Assembly: GCA_031367385.1 (NCBI GenBank)
Contig: JANLPS010000256.1
Span: 1-30,186, forward strand
Origin: Archangium sp.
GTDB taxonomy: Bacteria; Myxococcota; Myxococcia; Myxococcales; Myxococcaceae
Direction: 5' to 3'
Length of the DNA: 30,186 bases
The position numbers and the translations under genes are program-made. The notes beneath the pieces are model-generated. The model was not told the origin of the DNA. It saw only the letters and a list, made by a program, of their open reading frames with translations, and ran no database searches. Shown here piece by piece: positions 18,659-27,583 of the stretch. Numbering within the stretch: the first letter of the stretch is position 1; every line of letters starts with the position of its first letter.

Positions 18659-18685
18659 TTTCGAAGGGTTTCAGCACAGCGTCTT

Positions 18686-18719
18686 CGCCCTCCCCGACTC
18701 GTTTCGCGGAGGGCGTTTT
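18686..18719 (+). terminator. Intrinsic terminator after the small-protein pair
   Basis: CGCCCTCC (18686-18693) / GGAGGGCG (18708-18715) followed by TTTT. Confidence 0.7.
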
Positions 18720-18726
18720 CGTGTGC

Positions 18727-19011
18727 TCAGCGGGTGACGTGAAAGCCACTGAGCGGCTCGATCATCGGCTCGTCAGTGACTTCGACCGAGCTGACGCGAG
18801 CGCCTTCGGGCCCGCGATGACACCAGGTCGTGAGCTCGGCGAGTGCATCGCCATTGCCCTGCGCGACTGCCTCGACTGAACCGTCGGAGCAGTTTCGAAC
18901 CCACCCATCGAGACCGAGGCGCTGGGCTTGAGTCGACGTCGACGCTCGGTAGAACACGCCTTGAACGAGACCTCGAATGCGCAGCCTGATTCGTTTCACG
19001 ACGGCGAGCAT
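18727..19011 (-). CDS. acyP: Acylphosphatase
   Basis: GLVQGVFYR, GWVRN..DGSVE and GP..ARV. Confidence 0.93.
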   Translation of the reverse strand: MLAVVKRIRLRIRGLVQGVFYRASTSTQAQRLGLDGWVRNCSDGSVEAVAQGNGDALAELTTWCHRGPEGARVSSVEVTDEPMIEPLSGFHVTR

Positions 19012-19082
19012 GGCCTGATCTTCGACGCAGGTCTCAAAAGTTGCCCCCCTGGTGACCCCGTGGGACCGTCACGGTGGCCCCG

Positions 19083-20699
19083 ATGCGCACGTCGCTTTCT
19101 CTGCAGCAGTCGCTCTTTCGGCACCAGCAGCGTCAGATTGATCGCATCGTCGCGGGTGGGTCGGCGGCTTTTCGGGCGTACGAGCGGCGCTACAAACGGG
19201 CCACCAGCCGGTACACGCGCCTGTTGCAGCCGAGCGATCTTCGACGCCGGGTGCAGCGCAGCGACATCGTGTACGTCGGCGACTACCATACCCTCAAGTT
19301 GGCGCAGGCGGCGTACCTCGAGCTGGTCGAAGACGCGCTGAGCACCGGCCGACGCGTGGTGCTCGCCCTCGAGTTCGTCGAGCAGCAGCATCAGAAGGCG
19401 ATCGACTCGTTTCTCGCCGGCAAGCTGAGCGAGAAGCGGTTTCTCGACCGAATCGGGCACCCCTACCGCGGGCCTTTCGACATCTGGCCGCACTTTCGCC
19501 CGATCTTCGAGCTCGCCAAGAAGCGTGGGCTTCGCATTCACGCGATCGATTCGCGCGGTCGTGGGTCGCGATCGCTGGCGCAGCGAGATCTCTCGGCCGC
19601 GAAGATCGTCAGCGGGCTGGCCGCAGCCGACGACTCGCCCTTGGTGATGGTGCTGATGGGCCAATTTCACATCGCGCCAATGCACCTGCCCGCGCTGGTG
19701 AACGAGGCGCTGCGCACCGACACCCGGCGCTCGTTGATCGCGTACCAAAACGCCGAGGGCATCTGGTGGAAGCTGGCGGAGCGAGGGCTCGCGCATCGGG
19801 CCCGCGCGGTGGAGATCGACGCCACCACGGTGTGCTTGATCAACGCGTCTCCGGTCGAATGCCAGCGCAGCTTTCTCGATTATGTCGAAGCCGAAGCGGG
19901 TGACGCGCCGATCGATGACCGCGGCATCGCCTCGTCGGTCAAGCACCTGGCGCAGCGCATCGGCCGCTGGGCCGGAGTTCGGGTCAGCGCTCCCCTGGCC
20001 CACCTCGAAGTGGTCACCAGCGGCGACTGGTCGGTGATGCAGCGCATCTCGAAGCGCGCGAACTTCGACCGCCGAGAACTGCGCCACCTCGAGAAGCACG
20101 TGCTCTCACGAGAAAGTGCGTTCATCGCCGAGGCCAACACCATATGGCTGGCCTCGCTCTCGCTCAACCACGCGGCCGAAGAAGCGACCCACTTCGTGCG
20201 CCACTGCGCAATTGGCGATGCGATGATTCGAGAACGTTCACGGGTCGACTCGTTTTGGTCGCGCTGCCTCGAAGAAGCGCTCGGGTTCTTCGGCTCGAAG
20301 CTGGTCAACCCCGCTCGCCAGTGCCCCACCTTGGGCACGTGGACGACGCTGTTTCAGACCGGCACCGAAGAGCAGCAGCAGATCGCGGCGTTCGTACTGG
20401 CGATTTCGGCGGCTGAGGGCGAAGGGCCTGAGGCGTTGAACCGCTTGCTGCCGCTCAAGAACGTCGCCTTGTTCGACGGGGTCAGCCACGGGCTGGGGTA
20501 CCTGTTGGGCGACGCGGTGTACCGGGCGTTCGAGAACGGGCGCCTGCGGCAGGCGGCGGTGCGGGCGATGTTCAATGACCCGCTCGAGGCTCCGCTCGAG
20601 TCGTGGTTCGAGTGGAGATCGATCGTGCGTCATGCGCGCCCCGACGCCTCGGCTGACGGCCCGATGACGAGACATTGGCGGCTGCGAAAGGCCGGTTGA
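19083..20699 (+). CDS. ChaN/Tiki-superfamily domain protein with an uncharacterised C-terminal domain
   Basis: IVYVGDYH, LALEF, RD..AA and GQFH fit the EreA/ChaN-like fold. No signal peptide is evident. Confidence 0.65.
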   Translation: MRTSLSLQQSLFRHQQRQIDRIVAGGSAAFRAYERRYKRATSRYTRLLQPSDLRRRVQRSDIVYVGDYHTLKLAQAAYLELVEDALSTGRRVVLALEFVEQQHQKAIDSFLAGKLSEKRFLDRIGHPYRGPFDIWPHFRPIFELAKKRGLRIHAIDSRGRGSRSLAQRDLSAAKIVSGLAAADDSPLVMVLMGQFHIAPMHLPALVNEALRTDTRRSLIAYQNAEGIWWKLAERGLAHRARAVEIDATTVCLINASPVECQRSFLDYVEAEAGDAPIDDRGIASSVKHLAQRIGRWAGVRVSAPLAHLEVVTSGDWSVMQRISKRANFDRRELRHLEKHVLSRESAFIAEANTIWLASLSLNHAAEEATHFVRHCAIGDAMIRERSRVDSFWSRCLEEALGFFGSKLVNPARQCPTLGTWTTLFQTGTEEQQQIAAFVLAISAAEGEGPEALNRLLPLKNVALFDGVSHGLGYLLGDAVYRAFENGRLRQAAVRAMFNDPLEAPLESWFEWRSIVRHARPDASADGPMTRHWRLRKAG

Positions 20700-20735
20700 G
20701 ATAAGGTCGCCCCGATTTTGAAGTCGGGAGGCCTC

Positions 20736-23276
20736 GTGACGGAAGAAGCGCTCACCTTACGCCCGGTGAATGACCCCGCGCTCAAGCACGAATTCGGCCC
20801 GATGGGTCGCTGGCTCGCGCAGCGCTACTTCGAAGACGTTCGCTTTCCCCAGTCGGCTGAGAAAGAACTGAGCGAGCTCTCGAAGCGGGGCTTCGTGGTG
20901 CACGTGATGCGCACCGACGCGTGGGTGAACTTTCTCTACCTGACGTGGGCTCTGATTCGACGGCGGCTGCCCACGATTCGGGCGGTGGCGAACCTGCGGC
21001 GGTGGTTCACCCGGCCCTTCACCCTGAATCGGCTGAGCGGAGACTTCGCCGAGCGCTTTGCCTACGCGAAGAAAGAGAACGCCAGTGCGCTGATTTTCTT
21101 ACGAAAAACGGCCTTCAACTCGGCGCGCGGCGTCGATGCGAGTGACGACCCTTTTCCCGCGTTGGTCGAGCTTGCGCGCAGCTCCGAGCAGAGCGTGTTC
21201 TTGGTGCCTGAGCTCTTCGTCTGGGAGAAATGGCAGCAGAAAATCTCGCCCAGCCTCTTCGACCGCGTCTTCGGGGCCCCCGAGGCGCCTGGGTTTCTGC
21301 ACTCGGTGGGCGCGTTCATGCGCAACTACAAGCGGGCGCAGTTTCGGGTTGGAGAAGCGATTGATCTGAAGAAGGTGATCGCCGATTCGCCCGGGGAGTC
21401 GACCGCGCTGATCGCTCGCAAGGTTCGCAGCACCCTGCACCACCACCTGGCGCGTGAGACCAGGGCGGTGTTCGGGCCTCCGGCGAAGTCGACTGATCGG
21501 CTGATCGAAGAGGCGATGCGCGACAAAGGCTTTCAAAAAGTCGTGGAGGCGATCTCGAAAGAGAAAGGGCGGCCGCTGGCGTCGATCGAGCGGCAGGCGC
21601 GCAGCAACTTCCATGAAATCGCGGCCCGGTACAGCCCGACCTGGGTTGGTTTTTCGGGCCCCTTGCTCGACGGCATTTTCAACCGCATCTACGACGGCGT
21701 CGAAGTCGACGAGGTGGGTCTCGAACGGGCGATGAAGGCGGCGTCACACGCGCCGATGGTGCTGACCCCGAGTCACAAGAGCCACATCGACTACATGATC
21801 ATGAGCTACGTGCTGTTTCAGCGTGGCTACCAGGTGCCGTTGGTGGCCGCGGGCGCGAACCTGAGCTTTTTCCCCCTCGGTATTTATTTTCGGCGGGTGG
21901 GCGCGTTTTTTCTGCGCCGCAGCTTCAAAGGCGATGCGCTCTACACGGCGGTGTTCAAGGCGTACTTGAAGAAGCTGGTGCATGACGGCGTTCACCACGA
22001 GTTTTTCCCCGAGGGTGGCAGGTCTCGCACGGGCAAGCTGCTCGCTCCCAAGCTGGGCATGTTCACCTGGCTGGTCGAAGCGGTGCTCGATGGCGCTCGC
22101 AATGATCTGCTCTTCGTGCCGACGGCCATCGACTACGAGCGCGTGGTCGAGGGCTCGAGCTACAAGGCCGAGCTGCAAGGTGGAGAGAAAAAACCCGAGG
22201 ACATCAAGGCGCTGCTCTCTGCCCCGAAGGTGCTCACGCAGAAATACGGGCGAATTCACCTCTCGTTCGACGAGCCCGTGTCGCTCGCGGCGTTGATGAA
22301 AGACCGAGGCCTGGTGGTTGGCCAAGAGGTCAGTGAAGACGACAAGCGCAGCCTGGTGCGCGCGCTGGCGAACCGGGTGATGTACGGCATCAGCCGGGCG
22401 TCGACGGTGACTCCGCATGCGCTGCTCGCTTCGGCCTTGTTGGCCCACCGGCGGCGCGGCATTTCGGTGCGTGAGGTGACTGATCGAATCGTGCTGTTGC
22501 GCAGGTTGGTGAGCGAGCTCGGGGCGTCGCTGTCGAAGCAGCTGACCGATTCGCCTTCTTCACCCGTGGTGTTGGGGTCGATTCACGACGCGATGCACGG
22601 GTTCGCTTCAGACGGGTTCGTGCGCATCGTCGAGGCGCGTGGCGAGCCGATTTATCAAGTCGATGACGAGCACCGCAGTGAGATGTCGTTCTACAAGAAC
22701 ACGCTGCTGAACCTGGTGGCGGGGCGCACCATCGTCGCGGCGGCGTTGCTCGCGTCTGAGCCCGACAGCCACGTTGCGGCAGTGCGTGAGAAGGCGTTGT
22801 TCTTGTCGCGCCTGTTCAAGCTCGAGTTCATCTACCCGGTCGGCAAGAGCTTCGAGGTCATCTTCGACGAGACCGTCGAGCACCTGCACAAGCTCGGGCT
22901 GGTGGTTCGAGATGACGAGAATATTGCGATCGCCCCTGAGGCCCACGCGCGCCCACAGGTTGAATTCATTGGCGATTTGATTCGCGATTACCTCGAGTCG
23001 TATTTGATCGGCGCGCGCCAGGCCGCCGAGGTGACCGCTGCCGGGCAAGAGAAGAAGGAGTTCGTGAAGAAGGCCCTCGAGAATGGCCGGGCCGATTACC
23101 TGGCCGGTGTCGTCACCGCCGCTGAGGCGCTCTCGAAGACCAACCTCGACAACACGGTGCTGTTTCTGGTCGACCAGGGGTACCTGGTTGATCAGGGCAA
23201 GCGGGTCGCTCCGGGGCCAAAACCGGTGGCTGAGCTGGTGGCGCAGATTCGGGCGTTTCTGCCTGACTCGCGGTGA
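20736..23276 (+). CDS. plsB: Glycerol-3-phosphate acyltransferase (PlsB/DHAPAT family)
   Basis: PSHKSHIDY (HxxxxD), GAFFLRRSF, FPEGGRSRTG and IDYE; GGAGG precedes GTG 20736. Confidence 0.88.
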   Translation: MTEEALTLRPVNDPALKHEFGPMGRWLAQRYFEDVRFPQSAEKELSELSKRGFVVHVMRTDAWVNFLYLTWALIRRRLPTIRAVANLRRWFTRPFTLNRLSGDFAERFAYAKKENASALIFLRKTAFNSARGVDASDDPFPALVELARSSEQSVFLVPELFVWEKWQQKISPSLFDRVFGAPEAPGFLHSVGAFMRNYKRAQFRVGEAIDLKKVIADSPGESTALIARKVRSTLHHHLARETRAVFGPPAKSTDRLIEEAMRDKGFQKVVEAISKEKGRPLASIERQARSNFHEIAARYSPTWVGFSGPLLDGIFNRIYDGVEVDEVGLERAMKAASHAPMVLTPSHKSHIDYMIMSYVLFQRGYQVPLVAAGANLSFFPLGIYFRRVGAFFLRRSFKGDALYTAVFKAYLKKLVHDGVHHEFFPEGGRSRTGKLLAPKLGMFTWLVEAVLDGARNDLLFVPTAIDYERVVEGSSYKAELQGGEKKPEDIKALLSAPKVLTQKYGRIHLSFDEPVSLAALMKDRGLVVGQEVSEDDKRSLVRALANRVMYGISRASTVTPHALLASALLAHRRRGISVREVTDRIVLLRRLVSELGASLSKQLTDSPSSPVVLGSIHDAMHGFASDGFVRIVEARGEPIYQVDDEHRSEMSFYKNTLLNLVAGRTIVAAALLASEPDSHVAAVREKALFLSRLFKLEFIYPVGKSFEVIFDETVEHLHKLGLVVRDDENIAIAPEAHARPQVEFIGDLIRDYLESYLIGARQAAEVTAAGQEKKEFVKKALENGRADYLAGVVTAAEALSKTNLDNTVLFLVDQGYLVDQGKRVAPGPKPVAELVAQIRAFLPDSR

Positions 23277-23298
23277 GTTTTTTGGTGAAAGGCACCGC

Positions 23299-23619
23299 AT
23301 GACTCTCAAAATTGAAGACTTGAAGGTCGGTACGGGCGCCGAGGCGAAGACCGGCAACAACGTGTCGGTGCACTACGTCGGCACGCTGACCACCGGCAAG
23401 AAGTTCGACAGCTCGCGCGATCGCAACGAGCCGTTCGAGTTTCAGCTCGGCGCGGGCATGGTCATCGAGGGGTGGGACAAGGGCGTCGTCGGCATGAAGG
23501 TCGGCGGGCTTCGCAAGCTCACGATTCCTCCTGAGATGGGGTACGGCAAGATGGGGTACCCGCCGGTGATTCCTCCCAATTCGACGTTGGTGTTCGAGGT
23601 GGAGTTGGTCGGGACGTAA
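23299..23619 (+). CDS. FKBP-type peptidyl-prolyl cis-trans isomerase
   Basis: VHYVGTL..GKKFDSS, VIEGWDKG, GYG and IPPNSTLVFEVEL; ATG at 23299. Confidence 0.96.
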   Translation: MTLKIEDLKVGTGAEAKTGNNVSVHYVGTLTTGKKFDSSRDRNEPFEFQLGAGMVIEGWDKGVVGMKVGGLRKLTIPPEMGYGKMGYPPVIPPNSTLVFEVELVGT

Positions 23620-23621
23620 GG

Positions 23622-23802
23622 GGTTCGTGGTTCGTTGTTCGTTGTTCGTGGTTCGTGGTTCGTTGTTCGTGGTTCGTGGTTCGACAGGCTCACCATGAGA
23701 GCTCACCATGAGAGCTCACCATGAGGGCTCACCATGAGGGCTCACCATGAGGGCTCACCATGAGGGCTCACCATGAGGGCTCACTATGAGGGCTCACCAT
23801 GA
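23622..23802 (+). repeat. REP-like element copy 2: eight 7-mers (G/T)GTTCGT, core GGTTCGACAGGCTCACCATGA, and nine tandem 13-mers G(G/A)GCTCACCATGA
   Basis: Heptamers at 23622-23677. The 13-mer units run 23686-23802; the first is shared with the core and one unit reads CACTATGA. The element sits between convergent stop codons. Confidence 0.95.
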
Positions 23803-23825
23803 GAGTGGGCCTGTCCCCGGCCCGG

Positions 23826-24725
23826 CTACGGCGGGGCGACTTTCTTGGCGATCTGGAGCTTGCGGGCCTCGACTCTGAGGCTCGCGGCGTCGACCATTTC
23901 GTCGTCGATGGCGATTGCTCCCAGGCCTTCGGTGTTGTCGGCCTTGGCGTAGGCATCGATGATTCGCTGGGCGCGGGCGAGCTCGTCGGCGCTTGGGGTG
24001 AAGGCGGCGTGAATCGCGGGCAACTGCGCCGGGTGAATCGCCCACTTGCCATCGAACCCGAGCATCGCCGCGTGCCGCGCATCGGCCTCGACCTGTGACA
24101 GGTCTTTGAACTGCACCGTCACCGAGTCAATCGCATCGAGGCCCGCCGCCCGGGCCGCCGTCAAGAGATGCTGCCGCGCGTACGAGAACACGCCTTGGTG
24201 GTTCTCGCGAAAGTCACGGGCGCCGACTTCGCCGGCGAAATCGGCGACTCCGAAGATCAGCGAGTCGAGCCGGGCTGACGCCTGGGCGATCGCCTCGGCC
24301 TGCAGCAGTGCCTTCGAGGTCTCAATCAGCACCTCGAGGCGAATTCGGCCCACTGGCAGCCGGTTGGCCTGCTCAATCTGCGTCACCAACCGGTCAACGA
24401 ACTTCACGTCGTCGGCCGTGCGCACCTTGGGCACCACGATCACGTCGACGAACGAGCCGCTGGCCTCGAGCACGTCGACCAGATCTCGGTAGCACCAGGG
24501 CGTCTCGACTCCATTGATTCGGTACGCGCGCACCTTGCCGTTGGTGAACCCGCAGGTGCGCAACGCCTCTGCAACCACCCTTCGCGCCTCGACTTTTTGC
24601 GAAACGGCACAGGCATCTTCCAAGTCGAAGATCACCTCGTCGGCCTCACTGGCGGCGGCCTTCTGCATCATTTTGAGCGAGTGACCGGGGCAGGTCAGCT
24701 CGGAGCGGCGAATCGGGCGATCCAT
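23826..24725 (-). CDS. CitE/malyl-CoA lyase-like CoA-ester lyase (HpcH/HpaI aldolase/citrate lyase beta family)
   Basis: RRSELTCPG, FDLEDA, RIN, VPKV, LIET, FGVADF, GFDGKWAIHPAQ and MVD; ATG at 24725. Confidence 0.9.
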   Translation of the reverse strand: MDRPIRRSELTCPGHSLKMMQKAAASEADEVIFDLEDACAVSQKVEARRVVAEALRTCGFTNGKVRAYRINGVETPWCYRDLVDVLEASGSFVDVIVVPKVRTADDVKFVDRLVTQIEQANRLPVGRIRLEVLIETSKALLQAEAIAQASARLDSLIFGVADFAGEVGARDFRENHQGVFSYARQHLLTAARAAGLDAIDSVTVQFKDLSQVEADARHAAMLGFDGKWAIHPAQLPAIHAAFTPSADELARAQRIIDAYAKADNTEGLGAIAIDDEMVDAASLRVEARKLQIAKKVAPP

Positions 24726-24755
24726 TCGGCGAGTGTACGGGGTAGACCCGCCCGC

Positions 24756-26234
24756 GTGAACCCTGAGAACGCGCTGAACACCAACGTCGGGCACCGGCTG
24801 AGAACCCTGCGGCTCTCGAAGAACATCAAGCAGGCCGATGCCGCCCGCGATCTCGGAGTCAGCCCGGCGTACTTGAACTTGATCGAAAAGGGCAAGCGCA
24901 TGACGCCCTTTCCCCTGCTGTGGAAGGCGCTGCGGTTCTTCAACGTCGACCCCGAAGAGTTCATGTCGCAGCTCGGTGAAGGCCGCGTCGACCAGGCCCT
25001 GGCCAAGCTGCTCGACGAGCCCCTGCTCAAGACGTTGGACCTGGACCAGGAGTCGCTGCAGTCGCTCTCGGCCGAGCCCAAGCTCGCCGGCACCGTCGCC
25101 GCGCTGTTCAACCTCTACAAGAACACCCGCACCCAGCTCGAGAACGTGATGGCCCAGCTCTCGAGCAAAGAGCGCGCGCCGGGCACCGAGCCCGATGGCC
25201 GGCTCGACTATTCGCCCTTCGATGAGGTCACCGATTTTCTGCAGGCGCACCAAAACTACTTCCCCGAGCTCGAAGAGGAGGCCGAGGCGTTGCGGGCCGA
25301 GTTCAAGCTCGAGCGCGAGGTCTTGAGCTCACAGATGAGCCGAATGCTCGAGAGCCGTTTCGGGGTGGTCACGCGCTTCGAGCAGGGCCCCGAGGGCTCA
25401 TCAGTGGTGCGCCGCCTCGACCTCGAAGGCAAGGTACTGAGGCTCTCACCCACGCTCACCGAGCAGATTCTGAAATTTCAGCTGGGCGCCACGCTGGGCC
25501 TGATGGTGCTCGACAAGACCCGGCTGGTCGACCGCATCGTGGGCTCGAAGACCCGGCACGCCGAGACGCCGACGCTCATCAAGGTGAACCTGGCGAACTA
25601 CTTCGCCGGCGCGCTGATGTTGCCTTATGGAGACTTCTTCAAAGAGGTGCAGCGCACCCGCTACGACATCGAGCTGCTGACCAACATCTTCAACGTCAGC
25701 TACGAGACGGTCGCGCACCGGGTCTGCAACCTGGCCGACCCCAAGCGCACCGGCCTGCCCTTTCACTTCATTCGCACCGACATCGCCGGCAACATCTCGA
25801 AGCGGTATTCGGGCACCGGCCTCAAGTTCGCCTCGATGGGCTCGTGCGGCAAGTGGGCAGCGCACCTCGCCTTTTTGAACCCGCATCAAATCACCCGCCA
25901 GTACTCGCAGATGCCCGACGGCACGACGTACTTCGACTTCGCCAAAGTGCAGCTGCAGTCGGTCGAAGGGTCGATCGTCAGAGGCACCGCGTACTCGATT
26001 GGTCTTGGCACCCATGCCGAGAACGCGAAGTACCTGGCCTACGGCCTGCCGGTGACCGACTTGAAGCGCGAGGCGGTACCCACTGGGGTGTCTTGCCGCT
26101 TCTGCGAGCGCACCGACTGCAACCAGCGCGCGGCCGCCAGCTACCGGTTCGCCTTCTCATTCGATGAATACACCAAGAAAGACTGCTTTTTTTCGCCGCT
26201 GGTCACCTACGACCTGGGCGGCAAGAAGCGGTAA
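24756..26234 (+). CDS. XRE-family short-chain fatty acyl-CoA regulator (ScfR; RamB/PrpR/PccR-like)
   Basis: N-terminal HTH (LGVSPAYLNLIEKGKR), NYFPELE, ANYFAGALMLPY, VSYETVAHR, DIAGNISKR, and C-terminal CRFCERTDCNQRA. Confidence 0.92.
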   Translation: MNPENALNTNVGHRLRTLRLSKNIKQADAARDLGVSPAYLNLIEKGKRMTPFPLLWKALRFFNVDPEEFMSQLGEGRVDQALAKLLDEPLLKTLDLDQESLQSLSAEPKLAGTVAALFNLYKNTRTQLENVMAQLSSKERAPGTEPDGRLDYSPFDEVTDFLQAHQNYFPELEEEAEALRAEFKLEREVLSSQMSRMLESRFGVVTRFEQGPEGSSVVRRLDLEGKVLRLSPTLTEQILKFQLGATLGLMVLDKTRLVDRIVGSKTRHAETPTLIKVNLANYFAGALMLPYGDFFKEVQRTRYDIELLTNIFNVSYETVAHRVCNLADPKRTGLPFHFIRTDIAGNISKRYSGTGLKFASMGSCGKWAAHLAFLNPHQITRQYSQMPDGTTYFDFAKVQLQSVEGSIVRGTAYSIGLGTHAENAKYLAYGLPVTDLKREAVPTGVSCRFCERTDCNQRAAASYRFAFSFDEYTKKDCFFSPLVTYDLGGKKR

Positions 26235-26244
26235 GAAGGCGCCC

Positions 26245-27582
26245 ATGATGCGAAGCCTTGCGCTGATCTGCGGTCTGGTGCTCGTGGCCTGTGGGCCTCC
26301 CAAAGTGGGGGGCATCGACGCCGGAGTCGTTGGGCCGAAGGTCAGGGTCAGCCCCGAAGCCGGGCCGTTCACCGGCACCGTCACGTTGACCTTCACCGCC
26401 GACCAAGACGCGACGGTGTTCGTGAGCCTCGATGGCAGCGACCCGCGCACGACGTCGAAGGGGCGGTTGCAGGGCGATTCTCCGTTCACGGTGAAGCTCT
26501 CGAAGACGGCGACGGTGAAGTACTTCGCCTCGGCGCAAGGCCACGATGGAGACCTGGCCCAAGGCACCTGGCTTCGCGTCGGGAGCCCGCCGGGTGAGAT
26601 CTCCGGAGTGGTCGTCGTTGGCGCGTTCGCCACCAAGAAATTGGTCGCCGTCTCGCGGGGGCCCGGGCAGCTGACCGACCTCGGCAAGCCCGACCTGCCA
26701 AGTGAAATACCGTTCACCTACACCGACGTGCGCAGTGGCACCTACCGGCTGACCGCGTATTCAGATCGCAACGACGATGGGCAGATCATGCCGTTCATCG
26801 ACTTCAATTCAGACCCGGTGACGGTGACCATCGACTCGACCGACCCGGCGAAGGCGGGCGCCGAGGGCGTGCGGCTGTACCTCGGGTCGTCAACCACGGG
26901 GTTGGGCACGCTGCGGGGCATCGTGACGTTGCCGAACCCTCCGTCGTTTCAGAATTTGCAGATCTCACTGCTCTCGCCCGACGCGCTGGCGGCTGGCTTC
27001 GACCCGATGGCCTTGCTGCAGCAGTTGCAGGGTGGGTACCGCATCTTCACCAACACCACCGACACCGAATACCCGTACGTCATCACCAACTTGAAGCCGG
27101 GGCCGTACCTACCGGTGCCGTCGCTGCTGGGCTTCGGCAACGGGGGCATTGCGCTCAATTTTCTGGCGAACCCGCTCAAGCTCGCGACCATCGAGGCCGA
27201 CCAGGAGACGGTGCAGAACCACGCCTTCGGGCCGGTGAACATCTCTGGGCAGGTGACGGTCAGCAAGGCGACCTCGATGCCGCTGACCGCCTTGAGCTTC
27301 GGAGTGGTCGCGGGCCGAGTGACCTCGCTGAGCTCAGGCATTCAAGCGGTGCTGATGCCGGTGATTCTCACCAAAGACATGAACACCGGTGAGGCCAAGG
27401 CCTCCTACGCGGGCTCGGCGATTCGCGAGAATCAGACCGTGGCGCTGCGGGTGTTCTTGAACCCGCAGACCGCGTTGGTCGACGCACTGACCTGGGTGGT
27501 GAACCCGTTCGCTCCGCAGGCGGCGCACACCACGCTGATGACCCAGTCGGTCGATGCGGTCAAAGACATCGCGGTGCCTTGA
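26245..27582 (+). CDS. Lipoprotein with an Fn3-associated/chitobiase C-terminal-type domain and beta-sandwich repeats
   Basis: Lipobox LVAC; SPEAGPF..TVTLT..ATVFVSLDGSDP..PFTV...TVKYFA; an EF-hand-like DRNDDG. Confidence 0.75.
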   Translation: MMRSLALICGLVLVACGPPKVGGIDAGVVGPKVRVSPEAGPFTGTVTLTFTADQDATVFVSLDGSDPRTTSKGRLQGDSPFTVKLSKTATVKYFASAQGHDGDLAQGTWLRVGSPPGEISGVVVVGAFATKKLVAVSRGPGQLTDLGKPDLPSEIPFTYTDVRSGTYRLTAYSDRNDDGQIMPFIDFNSDPVTVTIDSTDPAKAGAEGVRLYLGSSTTGLGTLRGIVTLPNPPSFQNLQISLLSPDALAAGFDPMALLQQLQGGYRIFTNTTDTEYPYVITNLKPGPYLPVPSLLGFGNGGIALNFLANPLKLATIEADQETVQNHAFGPVNISGQVTVSKATSMPLTALSFGVVAGRVTSLSSGIQAVLMPVILTKDMNTGEAKASYAGSAIRENQTVALRVFLNPQTALVDALTWVVNPFAPQAAHTTLMTQSVDAVKDIAVP

Positions 27583-27583
27583 A

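Noticed and set aside
23083..23298. Long N-terminus on the FKBP ORF
   Set aside because: It overlaps the plsB 3' end. ATG 23299 yields a standard single-domain FKBP.
23686..23802. Possible CRISPR array
   Set aside because: The units are contiguous 13-mers with no unique spacers, and there are no cas genes in the window.
24726..25253. N-terminal extension of the CoA-ester lyase ORF (and the 24597 start of the regulator)
   Set aside because: Each extension is antisense to the other real gene. Family similarity begins at 24725 and ~24756.
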